From: Octopus vulgaris
Lineage: Eukaryota
Assembly (NCBI GenBank): GCA_951406725.2
Contig: OX597819.1
Location: 34,472,001 to 34,536,000 of the forward strand
DNA length: 64,000 nucleotides
Reading direction: 5' to 3'
Shown here one piece after another: positions 39,773 to 54,445 of the stretch. The translations under genes and the position numbers were made by a program. Within the stretch, counting starts at the first letter, position 1. Every line of letters begins with the position of its first letter. The notes below the pieces were generated by a model. It had not been told where the DNA came from. It worked only from the letters and a program-made list of their open reading frames with translations, and did no database searches.

Positions 39773-40083
39773 GGCACGTAAAAAGCACCATCCGATCATG
39801 ACCATTGCCAGCCTCGCCTGGCCCCCGTGCCAGTGGCACATAAAAAGCACCATCCGTCCGTGGCCGTTTGCCAGCTCCGTCTGGCACCTGTGCGGGTGGC
39901 ACGTAAAAAGCACCCACTACACTCATGGAGTGGTTGGCGTTAGGAAGGGCATCCGGCTGTAGAAACGCTGCCAGATCAGACTGGGCCTGATGCAGCCTTC
40001 TGGCTTCACAGACCCCAGTTGAACCGTCCAACCCATGCTAGTATGGAAAGCGGACGCTAAATGATGATGATGATGATGATGAT
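39773..40083 (+). mobile_element. Family B copy
   Basis: Two monomers, 3' domain, (GAT)n. Confidence 0.9.
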
Positions 40084-40101
40084 ATATATATATATATATA
40101 T

Positions 40102-40353
40102 ATACTAATCAATGAAATTCCAACTTAGTCTGATCTTTACATTTTATTGTTTGCAGTTTTTACAATTTTACCATATTGAAATAAACTAGTACTTTCATGC
40201 ATTACACAATCATCAGGCTTATGTAGTGACAGTCGTGTTCTACAGTTTTGAAAAGCATAAAAGGGCTACTTTATTTCAATACTGTAAAATTGTAAAAATT
40301 GCAAATAATAAAACGTGAAAATCAGACTTAGTTGGGCTTCCACTGATTAATAT
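40102..40353 (-). mobile_element. Penelope-like fold-back insertion with ~99-bp diverged inverted arms
   Basis: 40102-40200 versus 40255-40353; abuts (TA)n. Confidence 0.75.
40182..40221 (-). ncRNA. Minimal type I hammerhead ribozyme motif with canonical core
   Basis: Minus strand UAAGC-CUGAUGA-UUGUGUAAUGCAU-GAA-AGUACU-A-GUUUA: 5-bp stem I, palindromic stem III, CUA triplet. Confidence 0.78.
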
Positions 40354-40371
40354 ATTCTTCCATACACAATG

Positions 40372-40708
40372 CCATGCAATCCCACTGCATAGCACCTTGG
40401 GCAAGTGTCTTCTACTATAGCCTCGGGCCGACCAAAGCCTTGTGAGTGGATTTGGTAGACGGAAACTGAAAGAAGCCCGTCGTATATATGTATATGTATG
40501 TGTGTGTATGTGTTTGTGTGTCTGTGTTTGTCCCCCCCCCCCAACATCGCTTGACAACCGTAACTTAGTGATTCAGCAAAAGAGACTGATAGAATAAGTA
40601 CTAGGCTTACACAGAATAAGTCCTGGGGTCATTTTGTTTGACTAAAAGCGATGCTCCAGCATGGCCACAGTTAAATGACTGAAACAAGTAAATGAGAGTA
40701 AAAGAGAG
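40372..40708 (+). mobile_element. SINE family A (5'-truncated)
   Basis: Similarity to A copies. Confidence 0.85.
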
Positions 40709-40764
40709 AATCATATAAACTCAGATATGTGTGTATCTGTGTGTGTGTTTGTGTGTGTGTTTGT

Positions 40765-40802
<38 letters not shown>

Positions 40803-40999
40803 GTGCGTGCGGGTATGCATGTGTGAGTGAGTGATTTCTCAGTCATGTAGGTTACTGCAGTGATAAGAACCATGCACGTGAGAAACTAAACTTTCATTCA
40901 ATAAAGGCAACTAGTCTAATAACTTTACCTTTCAACAACTTGTACAACACATTTTACACAGAACTTGAATTTGCTACTTTATGTTATACATCTGGTACG

Positions 41000-41130
41000 G
41001 CATCTATACATCTATACATCTAGACATCTATAACTACATCTTTACATCTAACAATACATCTACATATCTGGCATAATATCTATACATCTGGTAGTATGTC
41101 TTTATGTCTACTACTACATTTATACATCTA
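41000..41130. repeat. Degenerate (TACATCTA)-type minisatellite
   Basis: Repeated ACATCT units. Confidence 0.8.
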
Positions 41131-42691
41131 GCGCTACCTATGTTTAAAACACTCCATTGCTAAGTAACTAAAGGAATTAAAAATAAAACAAGAAAGAAAG
41201 GAAAAAAGTAGCCAGAATCTTAAATGTAGCTTCTTTAGTCAATGGACCATAAAATACTCGGAGATTTATTTATTTGCATGGAATGGTATCTACTTTCAGT
41301 GTAAATTCATATTTTAACATTTCACTAGCCTCATAGCTTCACACACTACACACACACACACATACACACACACACACACACACACAGGTTTGCATTCCCT
41401 CCATGAATACAAATGTAATGTGTGTGATATACAAACAGACACACACACACACATCATATACACAGACATGTACACAGTGAAAACACTGCTGCTATAGTTA
41501 GCTTCTCTGAATATATTCTGTATTCAAAGAAAGGAAAGCAAAGGAACATTTTCCAGTTGCCCTTCAGCTACAATTTCTGCCAAATCATAGATACTCTATC
41601 ATTAAAACATTCAAAGCCAGTCAATTAGAAGATCTTAATTGAATTCTAAGCCACAAATACTGTTTCTTGTGACGATTATGGTTAGTTTCCATTATCTTTT
41701 AAGTAGTATTTCTAATAAAACACCATTTAAGATTCATCTAAACATTTATCAAAAAGCTGGTCTCACAGTGAGATATTTATTATATTCAGTTACAGTGTGA
41801 AATTAGGATGGTCTGACTTCAGCTGGATTAGAAACAGGAGCCCCAAGGGTTGGTTCACACTTATGTATATTGGTTTACTGATATCCATGAGGTCTTTCAT
41901 GTCATGACAATTATTGAGGTTTTGTTAAAGATTACCATTAATTCTGTATGAGCCGTGTTGGATTCCTGGTAATACTCCTTATTAACATTGACATGTATGA
42001 TAGTACTCCTTGGAAATATTGATAAGAGTTGACTGCTGCTAGCACTCCTTGGAAACATTGATGAGGATGTGCTGGTGAGACTCCTTGTGAATAAGCATTC
42101 ACATGAGTGGATACCTGGTAATAGCCCTTGTGCATGTTGATGATACTCGATTATTGGTAATTAAATGTTCATCCTTCATGTCCCTGAAGATGACCAGAGG
42201 AGCAGCTTTAATCTTTGTGGTTCTGGGGGTGGCTTATTTGTCCAACATCAGCATAAAATTCATGGCTACAGTGGGAGCATGTAATAACAGAAACAGGACC
42301 TGGAGCAACTTTTGCTTTCCATGCAACCCTCCTCCCTTTAATTTCTCTGGTTTCTCTGATCATTTCTAAGTACACCTTGCTAATGTTAATGAAGGTAAAT
42401 ATTGGTAGTACTTCTGGTCAGGTGTAATCTGTGATGCAGACAAAAGCTAAAACCATTTACCCAAGTTGTGGCTGCATAATAAAATGTACTTTTGCTATAA
42501 GCATTTATTTTTATTAATAATTTATATTTTAATTAATTTTGAAAGGAAATGGTTGCATGCATTCTTTCGTTATTCATTAAGGGCTTGGAATGAACTGGCC
42601 CTAAATAGATATATTTTAATCGATGTGCTAATGAATTTCTATGATTAGAAATAGTGTTCTGGAATGATTTTGATTAGCCACTGAAGAATTC

Positions 42692-42807
<116 letters not shown>

Positions 42808-43019
42808 GGTGCCATGTCAAAAGCACATAGTACACTATAAAGTGGATGGTGTTAGGAATGGTATCCAACTGTAGAAACTAAGGCAAAGCAGACAACACAG
42901 AGTGATGCAGTTCTTGCCAGCTCCTGTCAAACCGTCCAATTCATGCCAACATGGAAAGATGGACATTCAATGATGATGATGATACACACACAAATCAAAC
43001 AAAGGAGTGACTGGCTTCC

Positions 43020-43261
43020 ATAAAATGCACCAATCCGACCGTGGCCGATGCCAGCCTCACCTGGCACCAGTGCAGGTGGCATGTAAAATGCACCCACTAC
43101 ACTCACAGAGTGGTTGGCGTTAGGAAGGGCATCCAGCTGTAGAAACGTTGCCAGATAAGACCAGAGCCTGGTGCAGCCTTCTGGCTTCCCAGATCCCCGG
43201 TCGAACCGTTCAACCCATGCTAGTATGGAGAACGGACGTTAAACGATGATGATGATGATGA
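43020..43261 (+). mobile_element. Family B copy
   Basis: Monomer, 3' domain, (GAT)n; an older relative lies just upstream at 42807-42982. Confidence 0.88.
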
Positions 43262-45772
43262 GATTCTACTGAAACACATATTCCACTCCCATCCATCTCG
43301 TTCAAACACATACTCCTACTCCCACCCATTTTCTTCAAACACATACGCCCAATACAATTGATTCATTCAAGAACCAATGAAGGAGTTACTCTAAGTCTCT
43401 TGATAAGCTAGAAATAGCAGCCAAATCTCTCCTGAATTTTATCCTCTTATAAAATAATGCATGGAATAATGTTGTCCTGGGAAGACAGTGCAGTCATAGA
43501 TAGAGTGATAATCACTCATCAGTCAGTCTTCTCTATCACCAATCAATTTCTCCCCAACATCTCTGAAAAGTTATTTTACACAACAATATACATTTCTCAG
43601 CTAAAACTGTTAATGATTCATAAATAACATTTCATAATTAACATCTTTTAACGTATTTCAATCACTGAACTGCAGCCATGTTGGGGCACTGCCTTGAAGG
43701 GTTTTGTCAAACAAATCAACCCCAGTATTTATAACTTTGATACTTATTCAATCAGTCTGTTTTTGCCAAACAATGAGGATATAAACAAACCAACACTGGT
43801 TGTCAAGCGGTAGTGGGTAGCAAACACAAAGACACACATACAAGGAGCACACACAGACACACATACAAGGAGCACACACACACACACACACATAAAGGCA
43901 TGGTTGTCCTTGCATTCAAGTTCATCTCCTACAACCCTAATCTCGCAGGCTCGTAGGTGCTGGTGCCACATAAAAAGCACCCATTCCAGTGTTACCTAAA
44001 AGCACCCAGTGCACCCTGTAAAGTGTTTGGCATTAGGAAAGGCATCCAGCTGTTGAAACCATGCCAAAAACAGACAGGGAGTCTGAACAGTCCTTCAGCT
44101 GGTCAGTTCCTGTCATACTGTACAACCCATGCCAGCATTGAAAACAAATGCTAAATGATGATGATTATGATATATATATATATACATGCATACAATAGGC
44201 TTTCATTTCAGTTTCTGGCTACCAAATCCATTCACAAGATTTTGGATGGCCCAGAGCTACAGTAGAAGACACTCGTCCAAGGTGTCACACAATGTGACTG
44301 AACCCAGAACCATATGGTTGGGAAGCAAGCTTCTTACCACACACCCACATCAATATTTGTAGAAAATCTTCCTCAACTTTTATTCCACCATCTTCCCATG
44401 GCATAAGTAGCCAGAGATATCTTATTAATGATGCAAAAACCAAACTACCATATTCAATAATCTCCTCCTGTGTGCATTCATGTGTAACACAGTTTTTAAC
44501 CAATCAAAGGTTACTTTTAAATTAGTCTTCTAAATTACTGAAGAAAATTTATCCAACCATATACCACTGGTTCACAGAATTGATCCCTAAGTCTATTTTC
44601 TGAAATGTCCCAATGTTTAGGTAGATATATTGATTCCAGCACCACTTTTCAACTAGACTACATTAACAGTTTCGTCATTATTCCAATGAAATCATTATTA
44701 TTTAAAAATAAAGAAATCTTTATAATTCCTAACCCACAATTTTTAAACTATACCACTGAATTCATCATTCCCTAATCAAAATTAATATTGATCAAGTAAT
44801 TTTAGTTTTCCATTAAGTAGATACTTTTTTTGTTTTTGTTTTGTTGTTATTTTTCTATAAATATATTTTATTGCAGAGACTCTGGCCCTTAGGAAGCTAA
44901 CATAGATTTCTTCAGAAAACTTCACACACTGCAAAAAAATATTATGGCCCTCATAAAATTAGTGTAATTACTGTGTAAGTAGGTTAGCTGTTACAATTTA
45001 TTCAATTCCTTTTACTGGAGAAGGAACTTGAAAAAACATTTTATGAGGAATGGAAACAGAGCTGAATATCGATATTGATTTGACAATAACAAAATAAATA
45101 AATAAACTAAATAAAATACAAATGTTATTAAAGAAAAAAAACATCATCAATTAATTGACTAGAAGTCTTTTGTTTTGTTTGTTCTTTAATTTTATGCTTT
45201 GATTTTTTTTGTGATTTTTTTTAAATGTATTTTTGTTTTGTTTTTTTTGTTGTTTTGGGTTTTATTTTTTGACATAATTTAGAGGAACTTGAAACTATAT
45301 TAAAGATCTCATTTATTTTCCCTGTCAGCTGATGCCATGAGAAAGTTTCCTTCTTCATTTGTGTGTGTGTGTGTGTGTGTGAGTTAATTAATGAGAGGAT
45401 AAGGATAATAACTGTAAAATTTTAAGCAGACCCTTTCCCCCAAGAGAGAGAGAGAGACACAGCCAGACAGACAGACAGACGGAGACACAGAGAGAGACAG
45501 AGACTGATATTGTTGATGTTTAACATTTGTGAGTCAATGTTTCCATAAGGAGTATAAGTGAATTTCAGAGGGTTTCAGTCCAGAGGCAGAAATACTGGAC
45601 TCAATCTCAAGGTGGCAGTTATAAAAAGGCACTAGAGAGACGTGTATAAAGACATGGGATGAGGAGAGGGTACATAATTAATTCAAGCAAATAGAAGTGA
45701 CTGAATTGGCAGGAAAGGAAGCAAATTAAGGACATTTCATGTCTAGTGCAATGCTAACAACTTCCTCTAGTT

Positions 45773-46006
45773 CAGTGGTTCCCAACCTTTTCACTACCAA
45801 GGACCCCTTTTATTTAAATGAGTTTTCCCACAGTTCCTTTCAATTTGCTTATCCTTATATATATATATATATGTAAAAGTAAAAAAATATACAAACTGGG
45901 ACAAGAACGTGAAACATGTAGAAGACGACACAAAAAACACGGACGGGACATTCGAAGCCCTCAATCATCAGTCAAGAACCAGATCATCTTCGCAATTTCG
46001 GCTGAT

Positions 46007-46038
<32 letters not shown>

Positions 46039-46082
46039 TGAACTTTTACTTTTGTGGACCACCAGGGGTACTCGAACCACTG
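45773..46082. mobile_element. hAT (Charlie/MER5-like) MITE with 8-bp TSD
   Basis: TIR CAGTGGTTC/GAACCACTG; TSD CTCTAGTT and CTCTGGTT; contains a (TA)-flanked insert at about 45872-46006. Confidence 0.85.
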
Positions 46083-46185
46083 CTCTGGTTCTATTAACAC
46101 TTTAGCATTTAATCCAGCCAAATCCAGCCCAAATATTATACCTGTTTTAAGTCAAAACTGACCAAATCCAACCTCTCACACCTAT

Positions 46186-46497
46186 GTGGAGGCACATGGC
46201 CTAGTGGTTAGAGCAGCGGACTCGCGGTCGAGGGATCGCAGGTTTGAATCTCAGACCGAGTGATGTGTGTGTTTATGAGCAAAAACACCTAAGCTCCACA
46301 CGGCTCTGGCAGAAGGTAATGGCGAACTTCTGCTGACTCTCTCACCACAACTTTCTCTCACTCTTTCCTCCTGCATCTCGCATATCACCTGCGACGGACC
46401 GGTGTCCCGTCCAGGTGGAGAACCTATACGCCAAGAAACCAGGAAACCGGCCCTTATGAGCAAGGCATGGTTCAAGAAGGAACGAACAACAAAAAAC
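46186..46497 (+). mobile_element. SINE family C tail type 3 nested in a piggyBac MITE (about 46098-46641)
   Basis: TSD CTCACACCTAT; the flanks join into the MITE sequence. Confidence 0.9.
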
Positions 46498-46914
46498 CTC
46501 ACACCTATCCTACAATGTCATTCTAAATATATACAAACATGCTATTGAAATTTTGAAGCTACAAAATAATGGTAGGATTAATTCAAAACAATGTGAATAA
46601 ATAAGCAATACATTTGACAAAGGAACCTGAATGCTTTGGGGTTAAAGTCAGACAAAGTAGCAATCATTTACAAACTTCATCTTGAGTAACAATTTCTCTA
46701 CATCTCTGCTAATATTCACTACAAGGTCCAGCCTTGTTGACTGAATTGTGGTGGCTCAGGTGCCTCAGTGACCCTGAGAGCAATGCCACTGGAAGGCATC
46801 AGCCAGAGATACCTTACTAGCGATGCTAAAACCAAACTACCATATTCAATTAATCTTCAGCTGTGTGGATTCCTGTGTAACACAGTTTTTAACCAATCAA
46901 AGGTTAATTTTTAA

Positions 46915-47124
46915 CCCCTTAGCATTTAAACCAGCCATATCCAGCCCAAAAATGCCTCCTGTTTTATGTTCAAACTGGCCAGATCTAGTCTGTCTCACCT
47001 ACCCTAAAAATGTCATTATAAATAAAGACAATAGCATCGTCAAAATCTCAAATCTGTGAGATAATTCAAAAGGATATGAATAAATAAGCTTTACATTCAT
47101 CAGAGTAATTTGGATGCTACAAGG
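46915..47124 (+). mobile_element. piggyBac-type MITE with TTAA TSD
   Basis: TTAA-CCCCTTAGCAT..ATGCTACAAGG-TTAA; paralogous empty site with a single TTAA at 44517-44520. Confidence 0.9.
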
Positions 47125-47541
47125 TTAAATTAGTCTTCTAAATTACAGAAGAAAATTTGTCCAACCATATGCCACTGATTCCCACAATTGATCCTGAAGT
47201 CCATTTGCTGAAATGCTAGACAGGTCAAAGGATAGAGGCCAGACTAATATAGACCATCTGTTCCCAGAGGTAAAAATGGGTTTGCATAGGGCCAAAATCC
47301 CCACCTAAAAAAAGAGCAAAGTTACAAAAGCATCGATGGCAATTCAAAACCAAATAAAACTCAGGAAAGGAAAAGCCTTCACTCAGAGAAACATACATGA
47401 AACGCACAAGGGGGAAGGAAAAGAGAGCACTCTACAAACAGCTGGGGGCACAGCTGAAAAAGCAAGGTTCTAGCTGGGGTGAAGCAGAAAAGACAGCTTG
47501 GAGTTGAGAAGAGTGGAGAAAATTCATTGATGATCTATAAT

Positions 47542-47973
47542 CAGTGGTTCTCAACCAGAATCCATATGATCCTTGAGGAGGGAGGCCCGTTTAAGATTTT
47601 GCTGTTAAAAATTACGTGCATTAAATTTGTTATATTTCTACAATACAAAAAACATTTTAACAGTTTTTTCATACAATTTCCAATAATATTTAATCATAAA
47701 AATATAATGAGATTTTTTTTAAAGAAATCTTTTTTTGTTTTTTAAATAAAGGAATCTTTATAACTCCTAACCCACAATTTTTAAACTATACTGCTGAATT
47801 TATATTTCCTTAATCAAAATTAATATTGATCAAGTAATTTTAGTTTTCCATTAAATTGATACTTCTTTTTTTCTGTAAATATATTTCAATACGGAGATGC
47901 CATATGGGGATCCAACTAAGTAAAATTGGAATCAAAGGGATCCACAGACAAAATAAGTAGTTGAGAACTACTC
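47542..47973. mobile_element. hAT-type MITE
   Basis: TIR CAGTGGTTCTCAAC / GTTGAGAACTACTC. Confidence 0.7.
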
Positions 47974-48654
47974 GTCTATGCTTCGCGGGGAATAAAGAAC
48001 ACAAGAAGGAGATAAAAGAGTTTCTATTAACATGCACACTAATCCTTAACCCCAAGAACTAAGCAAACATATTCTTACATTTGTACAGGATTTGGTAAGT
48101 TCTTTCGGTGATATTCACTTCTCCATTCTTTTTACCATCACATCAACAATGTGAGAAAGTTATGAAGTGTGAAACAGAACAGTAACCACCACCTGACCAA
48201 TTCCACCTCTATCATCCACTGTATTTATAGAAACAACACAGAACAAACTATAACACAAAACTTACATGTCTTGTTAGCTGGTTGTCCTATAATAGCTTTA
48301 CATCTCCTTTTTTTTTTTTGTAGTTGTTCTTGTTATATTTATCTTAGATCTCATGTAGGACAAAAGTGGCAAGCTAAATTACATGCAGATTATCAAAGTG
48401 TCATTTCAGTCAATGTATCTAATGTAATTAGATTTGACTTCTAAACACAGCTCTCAGCACACTCTTTTATATGTTCAGCGTTCCTCTCAGTTAATTTGGC
48501 CTTGACAAACTTTTGATCTCGAGCTAAACTATCAGATTAACCAAATATTATGGATCTTGTAATATCTGCAATACGACTGTTAACATCTATTGGCTACACT
48601 GTTACAAAAGCATTGGAAATATTGGTGATATTATTATTACTACGACAACTACTA

Positions 48655-48688
<34 letters not shown>

Positions 48689-49055
48689 TTGCAGAATCCT
48701 TCTGTACGTTCAATAAAAACAACATAAGATCCAATAACAAATCAGAAGGGAAATACCATTAAATGCCAGTTTGAAGTAGCAAAACCATGAGTTCCTACAT
48801 CAATGTAACCTCCAGTGGAGAGAGAATTGTGGAGGGGGGGGGGGCATGGAGGGCAACATAAAAGGCAGCTAATGCAGGACCACTTCTAAATCTCTGTATA
48901 AACGGTAGTGGGGCAGGGCAGTTTTTATAAGAGACTCACCTTTTGGTGAAAATATCAGACCAAAATAAATATAAAAAAGGAGATCACACTAGGACATGAC
49001 AAACGAACATCTCATAAAATCAAGAAGAATACCACATTAAAAGGATCACACATAC

Positions 49056-49149
<94 letters not shown>

Positions 49150-50362
49150 GCTGTTGTTGTTGTTGTTGTCGTTGTTGTTGTTATATGAAAGAAACACAGA
49201 ATCTTAATTCATATTGCATAGAATGTAGACTACATCTTTTGCAGGATGCAGTTATAAAGAAATACATATTTCCTTTTTTTATATCGTTGAGCTGTGATGA
49301 GCTGCAATGATCTAGCATATCGCAATGGTAAAAGAAAAGAAAAGAAAATGCAACAAAAGATATTACAGTAAAAATAAAAAGTAAAAAAACAGAAAATAAA
49401 ACTGTTGGAATATTTATGTATTTTTACATATAAATGTGAGGGTGGGGAGGGCATATGCATGTGGGTGTAAGAGTTCATATATGCAGTTGTGAAGAGATGC
49501 AATGTGATGCAATGCAGAAACGTGCATCTGTGTAAGGATGAAATATTAAAGCATTTGCATTCATTATGAACCGTTTCTACACATAACTCTTAATTTTCTA
49601 TGAATGTGTATATATGTGTATACATACATGCACGTGTACATGTGTATAAGCTGTAACAGTGTGAGCACATATATGTGAGACAGCATGAGTAAATATGTAT
49701 GTATGTATGTATGTGTACATATACATGTGTGTGTGTGAGTATGTGAGTATGTGTGTGAGTGTGTGTGTGCATGTGTGTGTGTGTGTGGATGCAGCAGCAT
49801 ACATCACTTTCCATACTGACATATATACACACATATGCACACACATGCATATATATGACCTGGAACATGCAAGTGCATCTAAGCAAAGTGTTAAAGAATT
49901 TATATAATCATTAAGCATCGCTAATCATATCAGGATATAACTAATTTATCTCAATGTGTGAGCATATACATCATTATATACAGGTGCGTATGGGTTTGTG
50001 TTTAACTGCATACATAGACATCATTGTGTGTACGTATGTATATGTATATAAACACATATGCACATACATTCAGTAAACATGTGTGTATAAATCTGCGTAT
50101 GAGTGAGAATACATAAATATATCATAACTTCATAAAATGTAGCACAAAAGGAGACGTGTCCTTCCTTTAATGCAATGTTTTAAATGTCCCGACAGAAAGA
50201 AAATATAGTTTCATGAAAAATTAAATATAGATAAAAACTGAAGACAAACAAAAAAAAATCTCACATAGATGAACTGTTGTTTAGTTTTGGGGTGGGGTAC
50301 TAGCATTGAGGAAAATAATAGGATGACAAACAGGACATATATATATATATACATGTGTTTGA

Positions 50363-50394
<32 letters not shown>

Positions 50395-50740
50395 GTATAC
50401 ACATATACACATACATACATAAACACACATATATACACATTAGGAACAGGCATTGTTCAATGTAGCTCTTCATGGGGATCTGTGTGCTGTATGAGTGAAG
50501 TCAATGGTATTAATTAAAGTTTTGGATTTAATAAAATGCAAAGAATCTGCACATTCAGACTATAATAATAAAACTGTCTAAAATTTGAAACCAGGATAAT
50601 TTGCTATTTCTACTTAGAGAATTTTCTTCAAGCCATCAGATTCATCAAATTGATTGATGACATCATCAAGAAACTGATCACTAATTTTGCTTTGGGAGAG
50701 ATATCAAAATTGACTGACTGATGTCAGCAAAGATAATTAA

Positions 50741-51133
50741 TCCTTAATCTTTGGACATTTAAACTGGGTTTTATGTTCAAACTGGTTAGATCTGGCCTCT
50801 CACACCTTCCCTACAATGTCATTATTAAAAGTAAACAATCACATCATTACATAAGGGACATTAGCCATTTGAATGTGGCTAGGGACAGGGCAGGGCGGTG
50901 GGGGTGTTACTGATGCATTTAGCCCCAGGCGATCATCAACGTCACCAGATAGGCTGACACCATCACGTTGTCCTCTATCCTGCAAAGGGAGATCATTCCC
51001 CGAAGAAGCGGATGCCACATACGGACCCAGGTTTCAAGGTGTTTGCCTTGAAATCTTGAAACTACAAGATAATGCATGATTAGTTCAAAACAATATGAAG
51101 AAATAAGCTTTACATTTTGACAGAATAGAGTTA
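50741..51133 (+). mobile_element. piggyBac-type MITE interrupted by a GC-rich ~200-bp insert
   Basis: MITE sequence at 50741-50848 resumes at 51048. Confidence 0.7.
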
Positions 51134-51413
51134 ATGTAACGTTTTTTCAAGAAGACAGAGAGAGACAATGAGCAGAGGAAACAAGAGAACAGAAAGAACA
51201 CAGCCTAGCATCGCATCAGCTGCTTTTCAGCAATCATCCGTGTTTGAGTGACAGCTAGCCTTGTCAACATGAGAGCCTGCAACACAAATGTTCTGAACGA
51301 AACTTACTAACTTAGAAACTACATTGTGGAAGATGTCACTTACATTCTTCCCCCTCTCCCCTCTGCCCCTCTCCCCTCTCTCATGTTCACACAACTATGG
51401 AAACAGTCCAAGT

Positions 51414-51838
51414 ATACTCTTTTACTCTCTCTCTTTTACTCTTTTACTTGTTTCAGTCATTTGACTGCGGCCATGCTGGAGCACCGCCTTCAGTCGAGCA
51501 AATCGACCCCGGGACTTATTCTTTGTAAGCCCAGTACTTATTCTATCGGTCTCTTTTGCCGAACCGCTATGTGACAGGGACGCAAACACACCAGCATCGG
51601 TTGTCAAGCAATGCTAGGGGGACAGACACAGACACACAAACACACACACATACACATATATATATACATATATACGACAGGCTTCTTTCAGTTTCCGTCT
51701 ACCAAATCCACTCACAAGGCATTGGTCGGCCCGGGGCTATAGCAGAAGACACTTGCCCAAGATGCCATGCAGTGGGACTGAACCCGGAACCATATGGTTG
51801 GTTAGCAAGCTACTTACCACACAGCCACTCCTGCACCT
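51414..51838 (-). mobile_element. Full-length SINE family A
   Basis: As 9744-10157. Confidence 0.92.
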
Positions 51839-52249
51839 ATATCATTGTAAAGAAAATCAACTTTCCTTTGCCTTACCCATAGATCTTATCCGACCATTGT
51901 GTTTAACTTTTTTTTTTTCACCTTTCCTGTAGTTCCCTCTCGGACCATCATGTCCAACTAAAACTTCTAACAATAAACAATATGTGATGAACGAAAACTA
52001 TCGCTTCATCTTCGTCCAACCAGTTATTCATCAACTTCTCCATCCATTTCTTTGTTAAATGGCCATGAAATTATAGAAAACACTCTGCTGTGACCACATT
52101 GGACAGTCAAACTGATAACATCCTTCCCTTCTCCATTTCTTTACCTGGGAGGTGGTGGTGGTGGTGGTGGTGGTGGTGACGACAGTGATTGTCATTGTCA
52201 ATGTGGTGGTAATGGTTGTGAAAGTATGGTAGGTTGTGATGGTGTTGTC

Positions 52250-53170
52250 AATGAAAGACAGGAAAGTGAGAATTGGGGAACAAAAACGAGAAAAAACAAA
52301 ATGTGTAAGAAAAAAAATAAAAGGAAGAAAAGGAGAGATAACTAGAGACAGTAAATGTGAAATTGTTTGACAGAAAAGGAAAAAAGAAAAATAAAGGAAC
52401 TGAAAGAATGAAAAAATAAACAAAAAAGAGTGAAGTAGGAGAGAAAAGGGGAGACTGAGAGACACAAGGGAAGATAGGATGAGAATGGAGAAGATTAGGT
52501 AAGAATGGGGGAGATTGGGAGAGGAAAAAGCAGATTAGAAGGATAAGAAGATTAGGTTGGTAAGGGAAAGAGGAAAGATGAGAAAATTGAATGAGAAGGG
52601 GGGACTTTGGTGAGAAAGGGCAAGATTCACAGAGAAATGGTGAGACTGATAGAGAAAAAAGGAGACTGGGAGAAGGGGAAATTAGGAGAGGACATGGAAG
52701 ATTGGGAGAAGAAAGGGAGACTGGGTCAGAAATGTGGTATGGGGAGATTAAGAGAAGACTGAAGAGAGAGTTTGGGATTGGGAGAAGAAGGAGATTGATG
52801 AGTAAGGGGAGATTGGAAGGAATATGAGAGATTGAGAGATAAAAGGAAAGGAAAGGGGATGCTAGGACAGAAAGGACAGAATGGGTGAGAAAGTGGGAAT
52901 CGCAAAAGGAGATTGGGAGAGAAATGGGAATATCGAAGAGAAAGGCAGTTAGGAGAGAAAGGAGAGGTTGGGACAGGAAAGGCAGGATTGGGAGAGAAAG
53001 GAAGAAATTAAAAGAGTAGATTGGAGAGGAAGAAGGAAAAGAAGCAGAAGGGAGGCAGAAGAGGAAAGAAAAAATATGATTTAAAAAAACAAAGAATAAA
53101 AAAAAAGATGGAAATGTAGACAATAAAGGATGAGGAGTAGCAGGAGGATGATGTTAAGAGGAAGATGTGG
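52250..53170 (+). repeat. Purine-rich low-complexity tract with decayed GGAGATTGGGAGA units
   Basis: Direct read. Confidence 0.85.
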
Positions 53171-53364
53171 TTGAATCAGTTGGAAACAAAATACAAGATT
53201 AAAGAATCATTTACTATAACTGATGTAAAAATCCTTGAAGCATAAAGTGTTATAAGGCAAGATTTGATGCAATTGCCATGGAAACAAGAAAACTGCTTCC
53301 CAGAACACAGCCTGCTTAAAGATGAGTTTTCATGGATAATGTTTACTCTGGGTTTTAGAAAAGG

Positions 53365-54445
<1,081 letters not shown>

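Noticed and set aside
45872-46006. Hammerhead in a TA-flanked insert (CUGAUGA on minus strand)
   Set aside because: No properly placed GAAA or stem III; probably PLE-related, but the fold is unsupported
48940-48988. Candidate minus-strand exon with AAG/GTGAGT donor
   Set aside because: T-rich, unrecognised 16-aa peptide; compatible with chance
52248-53123. 291-aa S/P/L/F-rich ORF
   Set aside because: Consequence of a pyrimidine-rich strand lacking stop codons
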